NCBI GenBank assembly: GCA_040772005.1
Contig: JAXGYZ010000002.1
Coordinates: 1-64,000, forward strand
DNA from: Anaerolineae bacterium
Lineage (GTDB): Bacteria; Chloroflexota; Anaerolineae; CG2-30-64-16
Direction: 5' to 3'
DNA: 64,000 nucleotides
Position numbers and translations under genes: made by a program. Below are positions 8,787 through 17,715 of the stretch, in pieces. The notes beneath the pieces were generated by a model. The model ran no database searches. It saw only the letters and a program-made list of their open reading frames with translations, and was not told the origin of the DNA. Numbering within the stretch: the stretch's first letter is position 1; each line of letters opens with the position of its first letter.

Positions 8787-9526
8787 TGGACGCCAGCCAG
8801 CCCTACTGCTACCGGGTGCAGAATCTCACCAAGACCTACGGCAGCCGCCAGGTGTTGCAGCTCGACACGCTCGACATCCATCCGGGCGAAATCTTCGCGC
8901 TGGTGGGTCCCAGCGGGTCGGGCAAGAGCACCCTGCTGCGCCTGCTCAACTTCCTGGAGCCGCCCACAGTCGGGGCGATTGTGTTCCAGAACGAGACGAT
9001 CAGCGCGGGGCGGTTGGCGCCGCTGGCGCTGCGCCGCCGGGTGACGACCGTTGCGCAGCGGCCCATCCTGTTGAACCGCAGCGTGTGGGCCAACGTGCAG
9101 TTCGGCCTGCGGCTGCGCGGCAGCCGAGACGGCGATGAGAAAGTCGCGGCCGCGCTGGCAGAAGTCGGGCTGGCGCATCTGGCGAAACAACCGGCCCGCA
9201 CGCTGTCCGGGGGCGAGGCGCAGCGCGTGGCGCTGGCCCGCGCGATGGTTATCGAGCCGGACGTACTGCTGCTCGACGAGCCGACCGCCAATCTCGACCC
9301 TTACAACGTCGGCGTCATCGAGGAAACCGTCCGGCGGCTCAACCAGGAGCGGCAGGTCACGGTCATCCTGGTCACGCACAACGTATTCCAGGCGCGGCGC
9401 CTTGCACACCGCGTCGGGCTGATGCTCGACGGCCGGCTGATCGAGATTGCCCCCACCGAGAGCTTCTTCGCGAATCCACAGGACCCCCGCACGGGCGCGT
9501 TTGTGCGCGGGGAAATGGTATATTGA
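8783..9526 (+). CDS. ABC transporter ATP-binding protein (TupC-like)
   Basis: Walker A GPSGSGKST, signature LSGGEAQRVALARA, Walker B LLLDEPTANLD. The start overlaps the permease stop (ATGA). Confidence 0.85.
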   Translation: MMDASQPYCYRVQNLTKTYGSRQVLQLDTLDIHPGEIFALVGPSGSGKSTLLRLLNFLEPPTVGAIVFQNETISAGRLAPLALRRRVTTVAQRPILLNRSVWANVQFGLRLRGSRDGDEKVAAALAEVGLAHLAKQPARTLSGGEAQRVALARAMVIEPDVLLLDEPTANLDPYNVGVIEETVRRLNQERQVTVILVTHNVFQARRLAHRVGLMLDGRLIEIAPTESFFANPQDPRTGAFVRGEMVY

Positions 9527-9549
9527 TTTCTTCATCACCGGAGGCGAAA

Positions 9550-10491
9550 ATGTCTAAGCGCAACGTAACTTTCTTGATTCTGCTGGTGCTGGTCAGCCTG
9601 CTGGCTGCCTGCGTGCCGCCGACAACACCGCCTGTACAGGACGAAACCACTGCGCCGACGGCAACCGCCGAGCAGCCGCCCGCGGTGCCGCCGACGGCAG
9701 AGCCCGCTTCCACAGCCGAACGGCTCATCCTGGCGACCACGACCAGCACCGCGGATTCCGGCCTGCTCGATTTCATCCTGCCTGATTTCGAGGCCAAATA
9801 CAATGCTGACGTGGATGTCATCGCAGTCGGTACGGGCCAGGCGCTGGAAATCGGCACGAAGGGGGATGCCGATGTGCTGCTCGTCCACAGCCGCAAGGGC
9901 GAAGATCAATTCGTTGCAGACGGCCACGCCAAAGAACGCTTCGACGTGATGTACAATGACTACGTCATTGTCGGCCCGGCGGCGGACCTCGCCGGCGTCA
10001 GGGGCATGGAGACGGGCAAAGAGGCGTTCGCCGCCATCGCAGGGAGCGAGAGCCTGTTCGTCAGCCGCGGCGACAATTCCGGCACGAACACGAAGGAACT
10101 CAGCATCTGGGCAAGCGCAGGCATCACGCCGACTGCTGAGATGGCGTGGTACAACAGCATCGGCCAGGGCATGGGCGACACGCTGCTGTTCGCGCTGGAA
10201 CAGCAGGGCTACACGCTGACCGACCGCGGCACATATCTGTCGATGGTCGATAAGCTGGCGGGGCTGGAGGTCATGGTCGGCGGGGGCAACGTGGCGGAGA
10301 ACAAGGACAAGACCCTGCTGAATCCGTATGGCGTGCTGGCCGTCAACCCGGAGACGCACCCGAACGTCAAGGCTGATCTGGCAAACAAGTTCGTGGAGTG
10401 GTTGACATCACCCGAGACGCAGGCGCTGATCGGCGGGTACGGCGTGGACAAGTTCGGTCAGCCGCTCTTCTATCCGAGCGCGCAACAGTAG
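9550..10491 (+). CDS. Periplasmic substrate-binding lipoprotein, TupA-like (tungstate/molybdate family)
   Basis: Signal peptide with lipobox LLAAC, a PT/Q-rich linker, then ILATTTSTADSGLLD and VDVIAVGTGQALE motifs typical of TupA/ModA-class binding proteins. ATG 9550 is preceded by GGAGG. Confidence 0.7.
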   Translation: MSKRNVTFLILLVLVSLLAACVPPTTPPVQDETTAPTATAEQPPAVPPTAEPASTAERLILATTTSTADSGLLDFILPDFEAKYNADVDVIAVGTGQALEIGTKGDADVLLVHSRKGEDQFVADGHAKERFDVMYNDYVIVGPAADLAGVRGMETGKEAFAAIAGSESLFVSRGDNSGTNTKELSIWASAGITPTAEMAWYNSIGQGMGDTLLFALEQQGYTLTDRGTYLSMVDKLAGLEVMVGGGNVAENKDKTLLNPYGVLAVNPETHPNVKADLANKFVEWLTSPETQALIGGYGVDKFGQPLFYPSAQQ

Positions 10492-10513
10492 ATACGCTTA
10501 AGAGAATCGCTCG

Positions 10514-10540
10514 TGTAGGGGCGAGGTGACCTCGCCCCTA
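10514..10540. terminator. GC-rich hairpin between convergent tupA-like and tyrA genes (putative bidirectional terminator, no U-tract)
   Basis: GTAGGGGCGAGG-tga-CCTCGCCCCTAC, a perfect 12-bp stem. Confidence 0.45.
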
Positions 10541-10568
10541 CAAATTACGCCTTGGATTGCCCAGAGCT

Positions 10569-11558
10569 TTACTTGCGCTTGGGCTTCTCCGGCGCACGCC
10601 CCAGCCGGCCAAACATCATCTCGCGCATGGAACTGCCTGCGGTCGGCATGTCAACTGCCGGCGCCTGGTCATCCCAGTTGCCCCGCGCCTGTGCAGCCAG
10701 CCATTTGCGGCCGGCGACCAGGCTGCGATCCACCTGCGCAACGATATCCGCTTCCTCTCCGTTGAGCAACTGCTCGCGCCATGTGCTCAGTTCTCCAATC
10801 AGGCGATCCAACCACAGCGCGACCAGCTCCCGATTGGCGAAGGGCCCGTCCATCGCGGCCTGCCCATCCGCCGCGGAGAGCAGCGTGCTCACAAAGAACT
10901 GCCCGCCGGCCACCTTGCGCAGGTCATCCCAACCGCTGCTGGTAGTCAGCAGGGATGCCAGCGCGGCCGCGGTCACGGCAGGCAGATGCTCCACCGCGGC
11001 AACAAGGCCATCATGTTCCTCCGCGTCGAGGAAATAGGGCCGCGCGCCCAATGCCTCCGCCACATCCGCCGCGAGGCGCACCGCCGTGTCGTTCGTATGC
11101 ATGTCGGGCGTGAGGCAGAACATCTTCTGATCGAAGAGGTCCGCGCGCGCGCCGTCCAGCGTGGCCTCGTCCGCCACGACAATGGGGTGGCCGCCGACGA
11201 AGTAGGTGTCATCGGGCAGCAGTTTCTTGGCCCAGGCCATGACCGGCTTCTTGACGTCCGCGGTATCCACGATCACGCAGCCGGTCTTCAGCTCCCCGGC
11301 AATGGCCTCCAGCGTGTCGTGGATCTCGTTGAGCGGCAGCGCCAGGATCACCCGGTCCGCGGTGCGCACCGTGTTGATGAGGTTCCACTCCGTGCGGTCC
11401 ACCGCGCCCATCTTCTTGGCGCGACCTGCGACCTCCGGGCTCCGGTCGTGGCCGATCACGTACACCCGATCCTGGAAGCGGCGCAGCGCGAGTCCGGCGG
11501 AGGCCCCAACCAGCCCCAGGCCGACGATTGCCACCTGAAGTTTCTCGCTCATGTCCAT
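10569..11558 (-). CDS. tyrA: Prephenate/arogenate dehydrogenase
   Basis: Rossmann motif VAIVGLGLVGASAGLAL and the conserved TyrA core (DRVILALPLNEIHDTLEAIAGELKTGCVIVDTADVKK, FVGGHPI). ATG 11558 (MDMSEKLQ) sits behind a GGGAG SD. The ORF-track extension to 11789 is unlikely. Confidence 0.8.
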   Translation of the reverse strand: MDMSEKLQVAIVGLGLVGASAGLALRRFQDRVYVIGHDRSPEVAGRAKKMGAVDRTEWNLINTVRTADRVILALPLNEIHDTLEAIAGELKTGCVIVDTADVKKPVMAWAKKLLPDDTYFVGGHPIVVADEATLDGARADLFDQKMFCLTPDMHTNDTAVRLAADVAEALGARPYFLDAEEHDGLVAAVEHLPAVTAAALASLLTTSSGWDDLRKVAGGQFFVSTLLSAADGQAAMDGPFANRELVALWLDRLIGELSTWREQLLNGEEADIVAQVDRSLVAGRKWLAAQARGNWDDQAPAVDMPTAGSSMREMMFGRLGRAPEKPKRK

Positions 11559-11566
11559 AACTCTCC

Positions 11567-12151
11567 CTATTGATTGTCGTCCGCGCGTTGCAGGGCGGCC
11601 AACAGATGCAGGGTCGCCGCGTCCAGCCCGGCAACCGGCAGATGATCCTGATGATGGCGCATCAGGAGGCACGTCAACGTATCGCAGCCCGCGGCTGCGG
11701 CATCCGCCGCGCCCTGCTCCGCGTGATGCGTATAGAGCCAGAAGGGTCGCCGCCAGTCGCCCCGGCGGGGCAGTGGGCCGCGCGCCCACTTTGCGAGCAA
11801 GTCGGGTCGGTAGGCCCGCAACAGCACGATCGCCGTGCGGTGCAGCAGCGTGAGCCGTGCAGCGCGCTTGGCCGTGTCGTGCAGCAGCGCGGCCTGCAAC
11901 AGCGCCGGGTGAGCCTGCCCTGCCGCGGCCAAGGCCCGCAGCACGTTCAGGCTGTGCCGCTGGTCGTTGCGCGGCATAGCGTCGAACAGCGGCTGCGCAC
12001 GCACCGGCAGGACGGCCTGCACCTCGCGGCGCTCCGCGGGCGTCAGCGCCCGGCGATAGGCCAGCAGCCCGGCTGTGAACTGGCGCACCCGGTAGGCCAC
12101 GCGCCGCGGGGAGGGAAGACCACGGGCGCGGAACGCCATGCTGATCCCCAA
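11567..12151 (-). CDS. HD-domain phosphohydrolase-like protein
   Basis: H...HD motif (QRHSLNVLRAL...ALLHDTAK) in a 194-aa ORF. Weak call. Confidence 0.4.
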   Translation of the reverse strand: MGISMAFRARGLPSPRRVAYRVRQFTAGLLAYRRALTPAERREVQAVLPVRAQPLFDAMPRNDQRHSLNVLRALAAAGQAHPALLQAALLHDTAKRAARLTLLHRTAIVLLRAYRPDLLAKWARGPLPRRGDWRRPFWLYTHHAEQGAADAAAAGCDTLTCLLMRHHQDHLPVAGLDAATLHLLAALQRADDNQ

Positions 12152-12152
12152 C

Positions 12153-12776
12153 CTACCCCAGCAAGAACCGGTTGACGACGCTCATCGCCGCGCCGAGCCA
12201 GCGGCCCAGGAAGTTGAGCTGGGGTGAGACATAGCCGAGCATGAACAGGCCGAGCAGGATCAGCGGGCCATAGGTTCCCGCAATGCGCACCAGCTCGCCG
12301 CCCGCGCGGCCCAGCACCCCACTCAACACGCGGAAGCCGTCCAGCGGCGCCAACGGAATCAGGTTGAACACGAACAACAGGACGTTGATGCCGACGAACA
12401 CCTGGACGAACTGGTGAACGCCGAATGGCAGCCCGTCGAACAGGCCCAGCCTGTAGGGCACGGCCAGCAGCGCGGCCATCAGCAGATTGCTCAACGGCCC
12501 GGCCAGCGAAACGAGCACGCCGCCCCAGCGCCGGTTACGCAGGTTGTACTCGTTGACCGGCACCGGCTTGGCCCAGCCGATGAAGCTGACCAGCAGCATC
12601 AACGACCCCAGGGGATCGAGGTGCGCCAGGGGGTTCAGGGTCAGGCGGCCCATGCGCTGCGCGGTCGGGTCGCCCAGCTTGTAGGCCGTCCACGCGTGCG
12701 CGAGTTCGTGAATCGGGAAGCCCACCAGCAGAATGACGGCTTTCGCGAGCAATATCGACAAACTGAAATCAAACAA
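12153..12776 (-). CDS. Site-2 protease family (peptidase M50) zinc metalloprotease
   Basis: HELAHAW (HExxH) in a TM helix, LAGPLSNLLMA, and the NLIPLAPLDG motif. Likely TTG start at 12776 after GGAGAT. The 788-aa ORF-track extension (to 14519) is a shadow ORF over the opposite-strand GH2 gene. Confidence 0.7.
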   Translation of the reverse strand: MFDFSLSILLAKAVILLVGFPIHELAHAWTAYKLGDPTAQRMGRLTLNPLAHLDPLGSLMLLVSFIGWAKPVPVNEYNLRNRRWGGVLVSLAGPLSNLLMAALLAVPYRLGLFDGLPFGVHQFVQVFVGINVLLFVFNLIPLAPLDGFRVLSGVLGRAGGELVRIAGTYGPLILLGLFMLGYVSPQLNFLGRWLGAAMSVVNRFLLG

Positions 12777-12959
12777 ACTGCATCTCCAACCGGCGATTGA
12801 CGCACGAATTATAGCATAGGATGGCCCCGCAGCAGGAATGGCGCGGCACACGCCGTTCGTAGTAGGCGCTTCAGCGCCCGGTTCGATGCGGGGCGCGGAA
12901 GCGCCTACTACTAACCAGGAGGATTCTTCAAACAAGGCGGCCCATGCTATCATCACTGC

Positions 12960-15245
12960 ATGGCACGACAGATGCTCGACCTCTCCACTCTGGCCTGGCG
13001 CATGGGGCCGGCCCCGCGGCAGCCGTACAGCGCGCGTCCGGCGGACGACCGCCGCGCGGTCCGGGCGTGGCACCCGGCGCGTGTGCCCGCCGCGGTACGC
13101 ACGGACCTCGCGGCCGCGGGCCTCGTGCCGCCGGTGGATACGCCCGAGGGCCTCGCCGCGGGCGACTGGGTCGATGCGGTGGACTGGTGGTACGAGGTGC
13201 AGTTGCCGGGCGGCTGGCCCGGCGACGAGCAGGTCGTGCTGGAGGCGGACGGCATCGACGACCGGTGCGCGGTCTGGCTGGATGACCGGCTGCTGACCAC
13301 GCACGCAGGGATGTTTGCGCGGCAGGCGGTCGTCCTCTCGCCATGGGTCAACACGGCCGAGCCGCACACGCTTGCCATCCGCATCTGGGGCGCGGGCGCG
13401 CTGCCGCGGCTGCCCAACCCGCCCTGGCGCCGCCTCATCCGCCGCGCGCTCAAGCTGACCGGCACGACGGCAGAGTACTTCCCGGATCGCATGGCGACCC
13501 CCCACGCGCCGTTCAGCTTCGGCTGGGACTTCGCGCCGCGCGTCTTCGGCACGGGCATCTGGGACGACATCCGCCTCGTCACCTGTTGCGGCGCGTACAT
13601 CGAGGATGTGTACGCAGCGCCGGAGCCGCTCACCGCGGAGGACCCCGCGCCTGTCCGCTGGCAGGTGCGGCTGGCATGGCAGCAGCTCACCGAAACACCC
13701 GTCGCGGTTGAGATCGAAGTCAGCCAGGGGGGCGATGTCAGGCACACGGTACGACGCGAAATGGTCGCGCAAGGTGCTTCGCCGGTCGAGCTGGCGTTCG
13801 AATCGCCACCCCTCCGGCGCTGGTGGCCGTGGGACCAGGGCGAACCGTACCTGTGCCGCGTGACCGTCCGGCTGCTGGACGCGCGCGGCGAAGTGCTGGA
13901 CGAGGCCGGCGTGACGACCGGGGTACGCACGGTGCGCCGCGAGCGGCTGGCCGGCGGCGCACCGTGGCGCTTCATCGTCAACGACCGGCCGGTCTTCCTG
14001 CGCGGGGCCAACTGGACGCCCGCGGATGTCCTGCCGGGGACCGTGACACCTGCGCACTATGCCCAGCTGCTGGACATGGCAAGGGACGCCGGCATCAACT
14101 TCCTGCGCGTCTGGGGCGGCGGCGTGCGCGAGCGCGCGCCGTTCTGGGAGACGTGCGACCGGCTGGGCATCATGGCGTGGCAGGAATTCCCGCTGGCGTG
14201 CGCGTTCCTCGACCATCACCCGCGCACAGCATCCTATCTCACAGCGCTGTCCGACGAAGCGCGCGGCACCGTCCACGCCCTGCGCCATCATCCAAGCCTT
14301 ATTGCGTGGTGCGGGGGCAACGAGATCAACCCGCTGCGCGAGCGCCTCCCGCTGGCCGCGCTGGCAGGCGTGCTGGCGCAGGAAGACGACCGGCGCCCGT
14401 GGATCCCCGCCTCCCCGTCGGACGGCGACGTGCACCAGTGGGATGTGTGGCACGGCTTCGCACCGTGGACGGCGCTGCAGGCGCAGGTCCCGCCGTTCAT
14501 GAGCGAGTTCGGCCTCCAAGCCCTACCGGACGCGGCAACGGTGGCCGAGATGTTCCCCGCCGGCGCGCCGCCTTCGCTCGACGCCCCGCCGTGGCTCGCG
14601 CGCAAGGCGCAGCCGGCCAAGCTGCGCCACTACGCCGGTGCAGACATGGATGCGAGTATTGGAGACGCCATCCGGCTGACCCAGCAGGTCCAGGCCGCGG
14701 CCCTGCAGGCGGGCGTCGAGGCGTGCCGCATCCGCCGCGAGGGCGGCTACACGGCGCAACGACCCTGCGGCGGGGTCGCGTTCTGGCAGTTCAACGAGCC
14801 GTGGCGCGCGGTGAGCTGGTCGGTCGTGGATCGCGCGGGCCGTCCGAAGGCGGCCTACGAGGCGATCCGGCGGAGCTATCAGCCGCTGCTTGTTGCGGCG
14901 CAGTTCCCGCGCCGGCCTTACAGCGAGGGCGACCTCTTCGAGGCGGCCCTCTGGCTGGTCAGTGACCTGCCCGCCGCGCAGCCTCCCTGCACGGTAGAGG
15001 TCTGGCTGGACGACTGCGCAATCTGGACACGCGCGGCAGTAGACATCCCGGCAGCAGGTGCGTACCGGCTCGGCCCCGCGCGCGTGCCGTTGGCCCGGCA
15101 GCCGAGAACGCTCACCCTCCGACTGCTGCGCGCCGGCGCGGTCATCGCGGAGAACCGATATGACCTGCAAGTCCCGCTGCCGGGGCCGCAGCCCCGCGCC
15201 AGCCGCCTGCTCCGCTGGCTGGCCGACCGCCTGCTGGCGACCTGA
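12960..15245 (+). CDS. Glycoside hydrolase family 2 (beta-mannosidase / exo-beta-glucosaminidase-like)
   Basis: 761 aa. N-terminal sugar-binding region (WHPARVPAAVRTDL, WWYEVQL) and a TIM-barrel region GINFLRVWGGGVRERAPFWETCDRLGIMAWQEFPLAC. Confidence 0.75.
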   Translation: MARQMLDLSTLAWRMGPAPRQPYSARPADDRRAVRAWHPARVPAAVRTDLAAAGLVPPVDTPEGLAAGDWVDAVDWWYEVQLPGGWPGDEQVVLEADGIDDRCAVWLDDRLLTTHAGMFARQAVVLSPWVNTAEPHTLAIRIWGAGALPRLPNPPWRRLIRRALKLTGTTAEYFPDRMATPHAPFSFGWDFAPRVFGTGIWDDIRLVTCCGAYIEDVYAAPEPLTAEDPAPVRWQVRLAWQQLTETPVAVEIEVSQGGDVRHTVRREMVAQGASPVELAFESPPLRRWWPWDQGEPYLCRVTVRLLDARGEVLDEAGVTTGVRTVRRERLAGGAPWRFIVNDRPVFLRGANWTPADVLPGTVTPAHYAQLLDMARDAGINFLRVWGGGVRERAPFWETCDRLGIMAWQEFPLACAFLDHHPRTASYLTALSDEARGTVHALRHHPSLIAWCGGNEINPLRERLPLAALAGVLAQEDDRRPWIPASPSDGDVHQWDVWHGFAPWTALQAQVPPFMSEFGLQALPDAATVAEMFPAGAPPSLDAPPWLARKAQPAKLRHYAGADMDASIGDAIRLTQQVQAAALQAGVEACRIRREGGYTAQRPCGGVAFWQFNEPWRAVSWSVVDRAGRPKAAYEAIRRSYQPLLVAAQFPRRPYSEGDLFEAALWLVSDLPAAQPPCTVEVWLDDCAIWTRAAVDIPAAGAYRLGPARVPLARQPRTLTLRLLRAGAVIAENRYDLQVPLPGPQPRASRLLRWLADRLLAT

Positions 15246-15302
15246 AGAGCGGAATCACCAAAAATGTTGACACAATAACGCTTCTAGACTATCCTTATCA
15301 GC

Positions 15303-16232
15303 GTGCGTGTTGTAGTTAATGGTTGGTTTCGTGACCGGTTGACGACGGGCAGCGGCCAGTACCTGGCGGCGCTGCACGAGTGGCTGCCGCGCGTCGGGCC
15401 CGGGCACGAATTCCTGATTGTCCAACGCGCCGGGCAGCCCGGCGGGCCGTCCGACGGGGCCAGGTGGGTGACCGCAGCAACGCCCTTCGACCGCGCCGGC
15501 GAGAACCTGGCGAAGCTCTGGTTTGAGCAGGTCAGCTTCCCGGCTGCGTGCCGCCGCCTGCGGGCCGACGTCGCGTTCGTGCCGTACTGGGCCGCGCCGG
15601 GGTGGTCGCCCTGCCCGGTGGTCGTCACGGTCCACGACCTGATTCCACTGTTGCTGCCCGCGTATCGCGGGGGACTGTTGCAGCGGGGCTATACGTGGCT
15701 GGTCAGCCGGACCGCGCGACGCGCGGCCGCGGTGCTGGCCGATTCCGAGGCCAGCCGCCAGGATGTGGTGCGTCACCTGCATATTGCGCCGGAGCGTGTC
15801 CATGCCGTCCACCTGGCTGCCGACCCGCGCTTCCGCCGCGTGACAGACGAGGCAACCCTGCGCCGGGTGCGCGAGCGATACGCCCTGCCCTGCGAGCCGT
15901 TCCTGCTCTACCTGGGCGGGTTCGATGTGCGCAAGAACCTGCCGCGCACGCTGGAAGCCTATGCGCGGCTCGTGCAGCGGCTCAACGCGGAGACCAGGGC
16001 GGTCCCGCGCCTGGTGATTGCCGGCAAGCTGCCCGCCGCGGACAGTGCATTCGCGCCCGACCCGCAGCCCATCATCGCCCGTCTCGCGCTGGCCGATTAT
16101 GTCCACCTGACGGGTTGGGTGGATGAGGCAGACAAGCCGGCCCTGTACACGCTGGCCGCCGGCACGCTCTTCATCAGCGAGTACGAGGGCTTCGGCCTGC
16201 CCGTCCTGGAAGCGATGGCGAGCGATGGGTGA
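15303..16232 (+). pseudogene. GT4-family (GT-B) glycosyltransferase, C-terminally truncated right after the EGFGLPVLEAMAS motif by insertion of a heptamer-repeat hairpin; possible pseudogene
   Basis: 309 aa versus about 370-400 expected. The reading frame stops at ...EAMASDG* exactly where the TTACTCG repeat array begins (16233). Confidence 0.6.
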
Positions 16233-16309
16233 TTACTCGTTACTCATTACTCGTTACTGGTTGCGAATGAGTAATGAGTAACGAGTAACCAGTAAAGAGT
16301 AACGAGTAA
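16233..16309. repeat. Inverted array of heptamer repeats: (TTACTCR)x4, then GCGAA, then (YGAGTAA)x6, forming a long imperfect hairpin
   Basis: Read directly from the sequence. A second copy with inverted arm order is at 54568-54653. Confidence 0.85.
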
Positions 16310-16328
16310 ACTGTCCCGTGGAGTCCCA

Positions 16329-17690
16329 GTGCCTGAAGTCAACAAACTTGCGCGCGGCGCTCACAACATTCTGACGCGGAGCTTTGGGCTGCGCCGGGAT
16401 CAGAATCTGCTTATCTTCGCTGACGCCGATTCGGTCGAGGTCATCGAAGCCATCGCGCGCACGGCGCACGAGCTTGGCATCCATGTGACGTCATTTTTCG
16501 TGCCGCGTTTCCTGCAGACGATGATGACGACCTCCGAAAACCTGCCGCTGCCGGCGGAGGCCGCAGTGCGCGAGGCCGATGCCATCCTGAGCTGCCTTTC
16601 CGACCATCCGGAGCTGCGCAACTACCGCGTGCGCGTGCTCCAGACCGGTTGGAGCCGCCGCGCGAAGCTCGGCCACGCGCCGGGCATGACGCCTGACATC
16701 CTGCGCATGGCCGACACCGACTATGCCGCGCTCTGCGAGCAGGCACAGCTCATCGCGCTGACCCTGCTCCTGGGCAAGCGCGCCGAAATTGTCACCACCG
16801 ACAGCCAGGGCCGCGAGTACCGGCTGAGCGCGGAGATCGGCGGCTGGGAACATCCGCCGGGCATCAGTGACGGCGTCATTCGCGACGGCGCGTGGGACCA
16901 ACTGCCGCCGGGCGAGGTGTACGTGGTCCCGCGTTCGGCCAGCGGCCAGATCGTCATCAACGGCTCGCTGCCGGGCAAGGTGGTGAGATCGGGCGAAGAA
17001 CTGGTGCTGACCTTTCAGGATGGCCGCCTGACCGGCATCGCGCCGGAGGATGGCGCCACCGCGCGCCACCTGCACGAGACGCAGATCGCGTTTGCGGAGC
17101 GCCGCCATGACCCGAACTGGACGAACCTGGCGGAAATCGGCTTTGGCCTGAACCCGACCGTGCCGGACCTGTGCGGCGTCAGCACCGTCGACGAGAAGAA
17201 GGCGCACACCCTGCACATTGCGCTCGGCCACAGCCTGAGCCTCGGCGGTGATGTGGATTCGGTCATCCACTGCGATATGACCATCAGAAAGCCGACCGTC
17301 TACGTGAGCGGCCGGCTGGTTATGAAGAAGGGCGACTGGCGCATCAACGAGGCGGACTGGCGGCTGGACCACCGCAACGTCACCGTGCCCGCCGGCTGGT
17401 GGGACGGGGTCACGCACATCGGTCGCAGCGGCGTGCGTACCGAACGCGAGAATGGCCGGCTGGTATGCGTGTGGAACGCCGGCCAGGGTCGCTGGGACAG
17501 CGCGCCGGTGGGCCTCGAGGGGACTGCGCGGCTGGCCGCGCGCGTGTACGACCTGCTGCCGGAGACAGGCAATCCGGTCGAGCGCGACCGCCTGACCCTG
17601 GAAGCCTCGCAGGCGGGCGTGCCCGCGGTCGCGGTGGCCGGCCTGCTCTGGGTGATGCACCGGTTTGACCTGGTGCGGTTGACGACGTGA
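16329..17690 (+). CDS. Aminopeptidase, M29 (AmpS/aminopeptidase T)-like
   Basis: The N-terminal block (KLARGAHNILTRSFGLRRDQNLLIFADADSVEVIEAIARTAHELG) resembles the M29 family N-terminus. 453 aa. Moderate confidence. Confidence 0.5.
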   Translation: MPEVNKLARGAHNILTRSFGLRRDQNLLIFADADSVEVIEAIARTAHELGIHVTSFFVPRFLQTMMTTSENLPLPAEAAVREADAILSCLSDHPELRNYRVRVLQTGWSRRAKLGHAPGMTPDILRMADTDYAALCEQAQLIALTLLLGKRAEIVTTDSQGREYRLSAEIGGWEHPPGISDGVIRDGAWDQLPPGEVYVVPRSASGQIVINGSLPGKVVRSGEELVLTFQDGRLTGIAPEDGATARHLHETQIAFAERRHDPNWTNLAEIGFGLNPTVPDLCGVSTVDEKKAHTLHIALGHSLSLGGDVDSVIHCDMTIRKPTVYVSGRLVMKKGDWRINEADWRLDHRNVTVPAGWWDGVTHIGRSGVRTERENGRLVCVWNAGQGRWDSAPVGLEGTARLAARVYDLLPETGNPVERDRLTLEASQAGVPAVAVAGLLWVMHRFDLVRLTT

Positions 17691-17715
17691 AGGCGAGATA
17701 TCAGGGGGGATCACC

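Noticed and set aside
12153-14519. 788-aa minus-strand ORF spanning the GH2 gene region
   Set aside because: Only the 3'-proximal roughly 208 codons (12153-12776) encode a recognisable M50 protease. The rest is a stop-free shadow frame opposite the GH2 gene, which is common in high-GC DNA, and has no family signal.
16233-16309. Possible CRISPR array (also 53183-53250 and 54568-54653)
   Set aside because: The units are 7-8 bp and directly adjacent, or arranged as inverted arms, with no spacers of 25-40 bp. There are no cas genes. These are STRR or REP-type repeats, not CRISPR.
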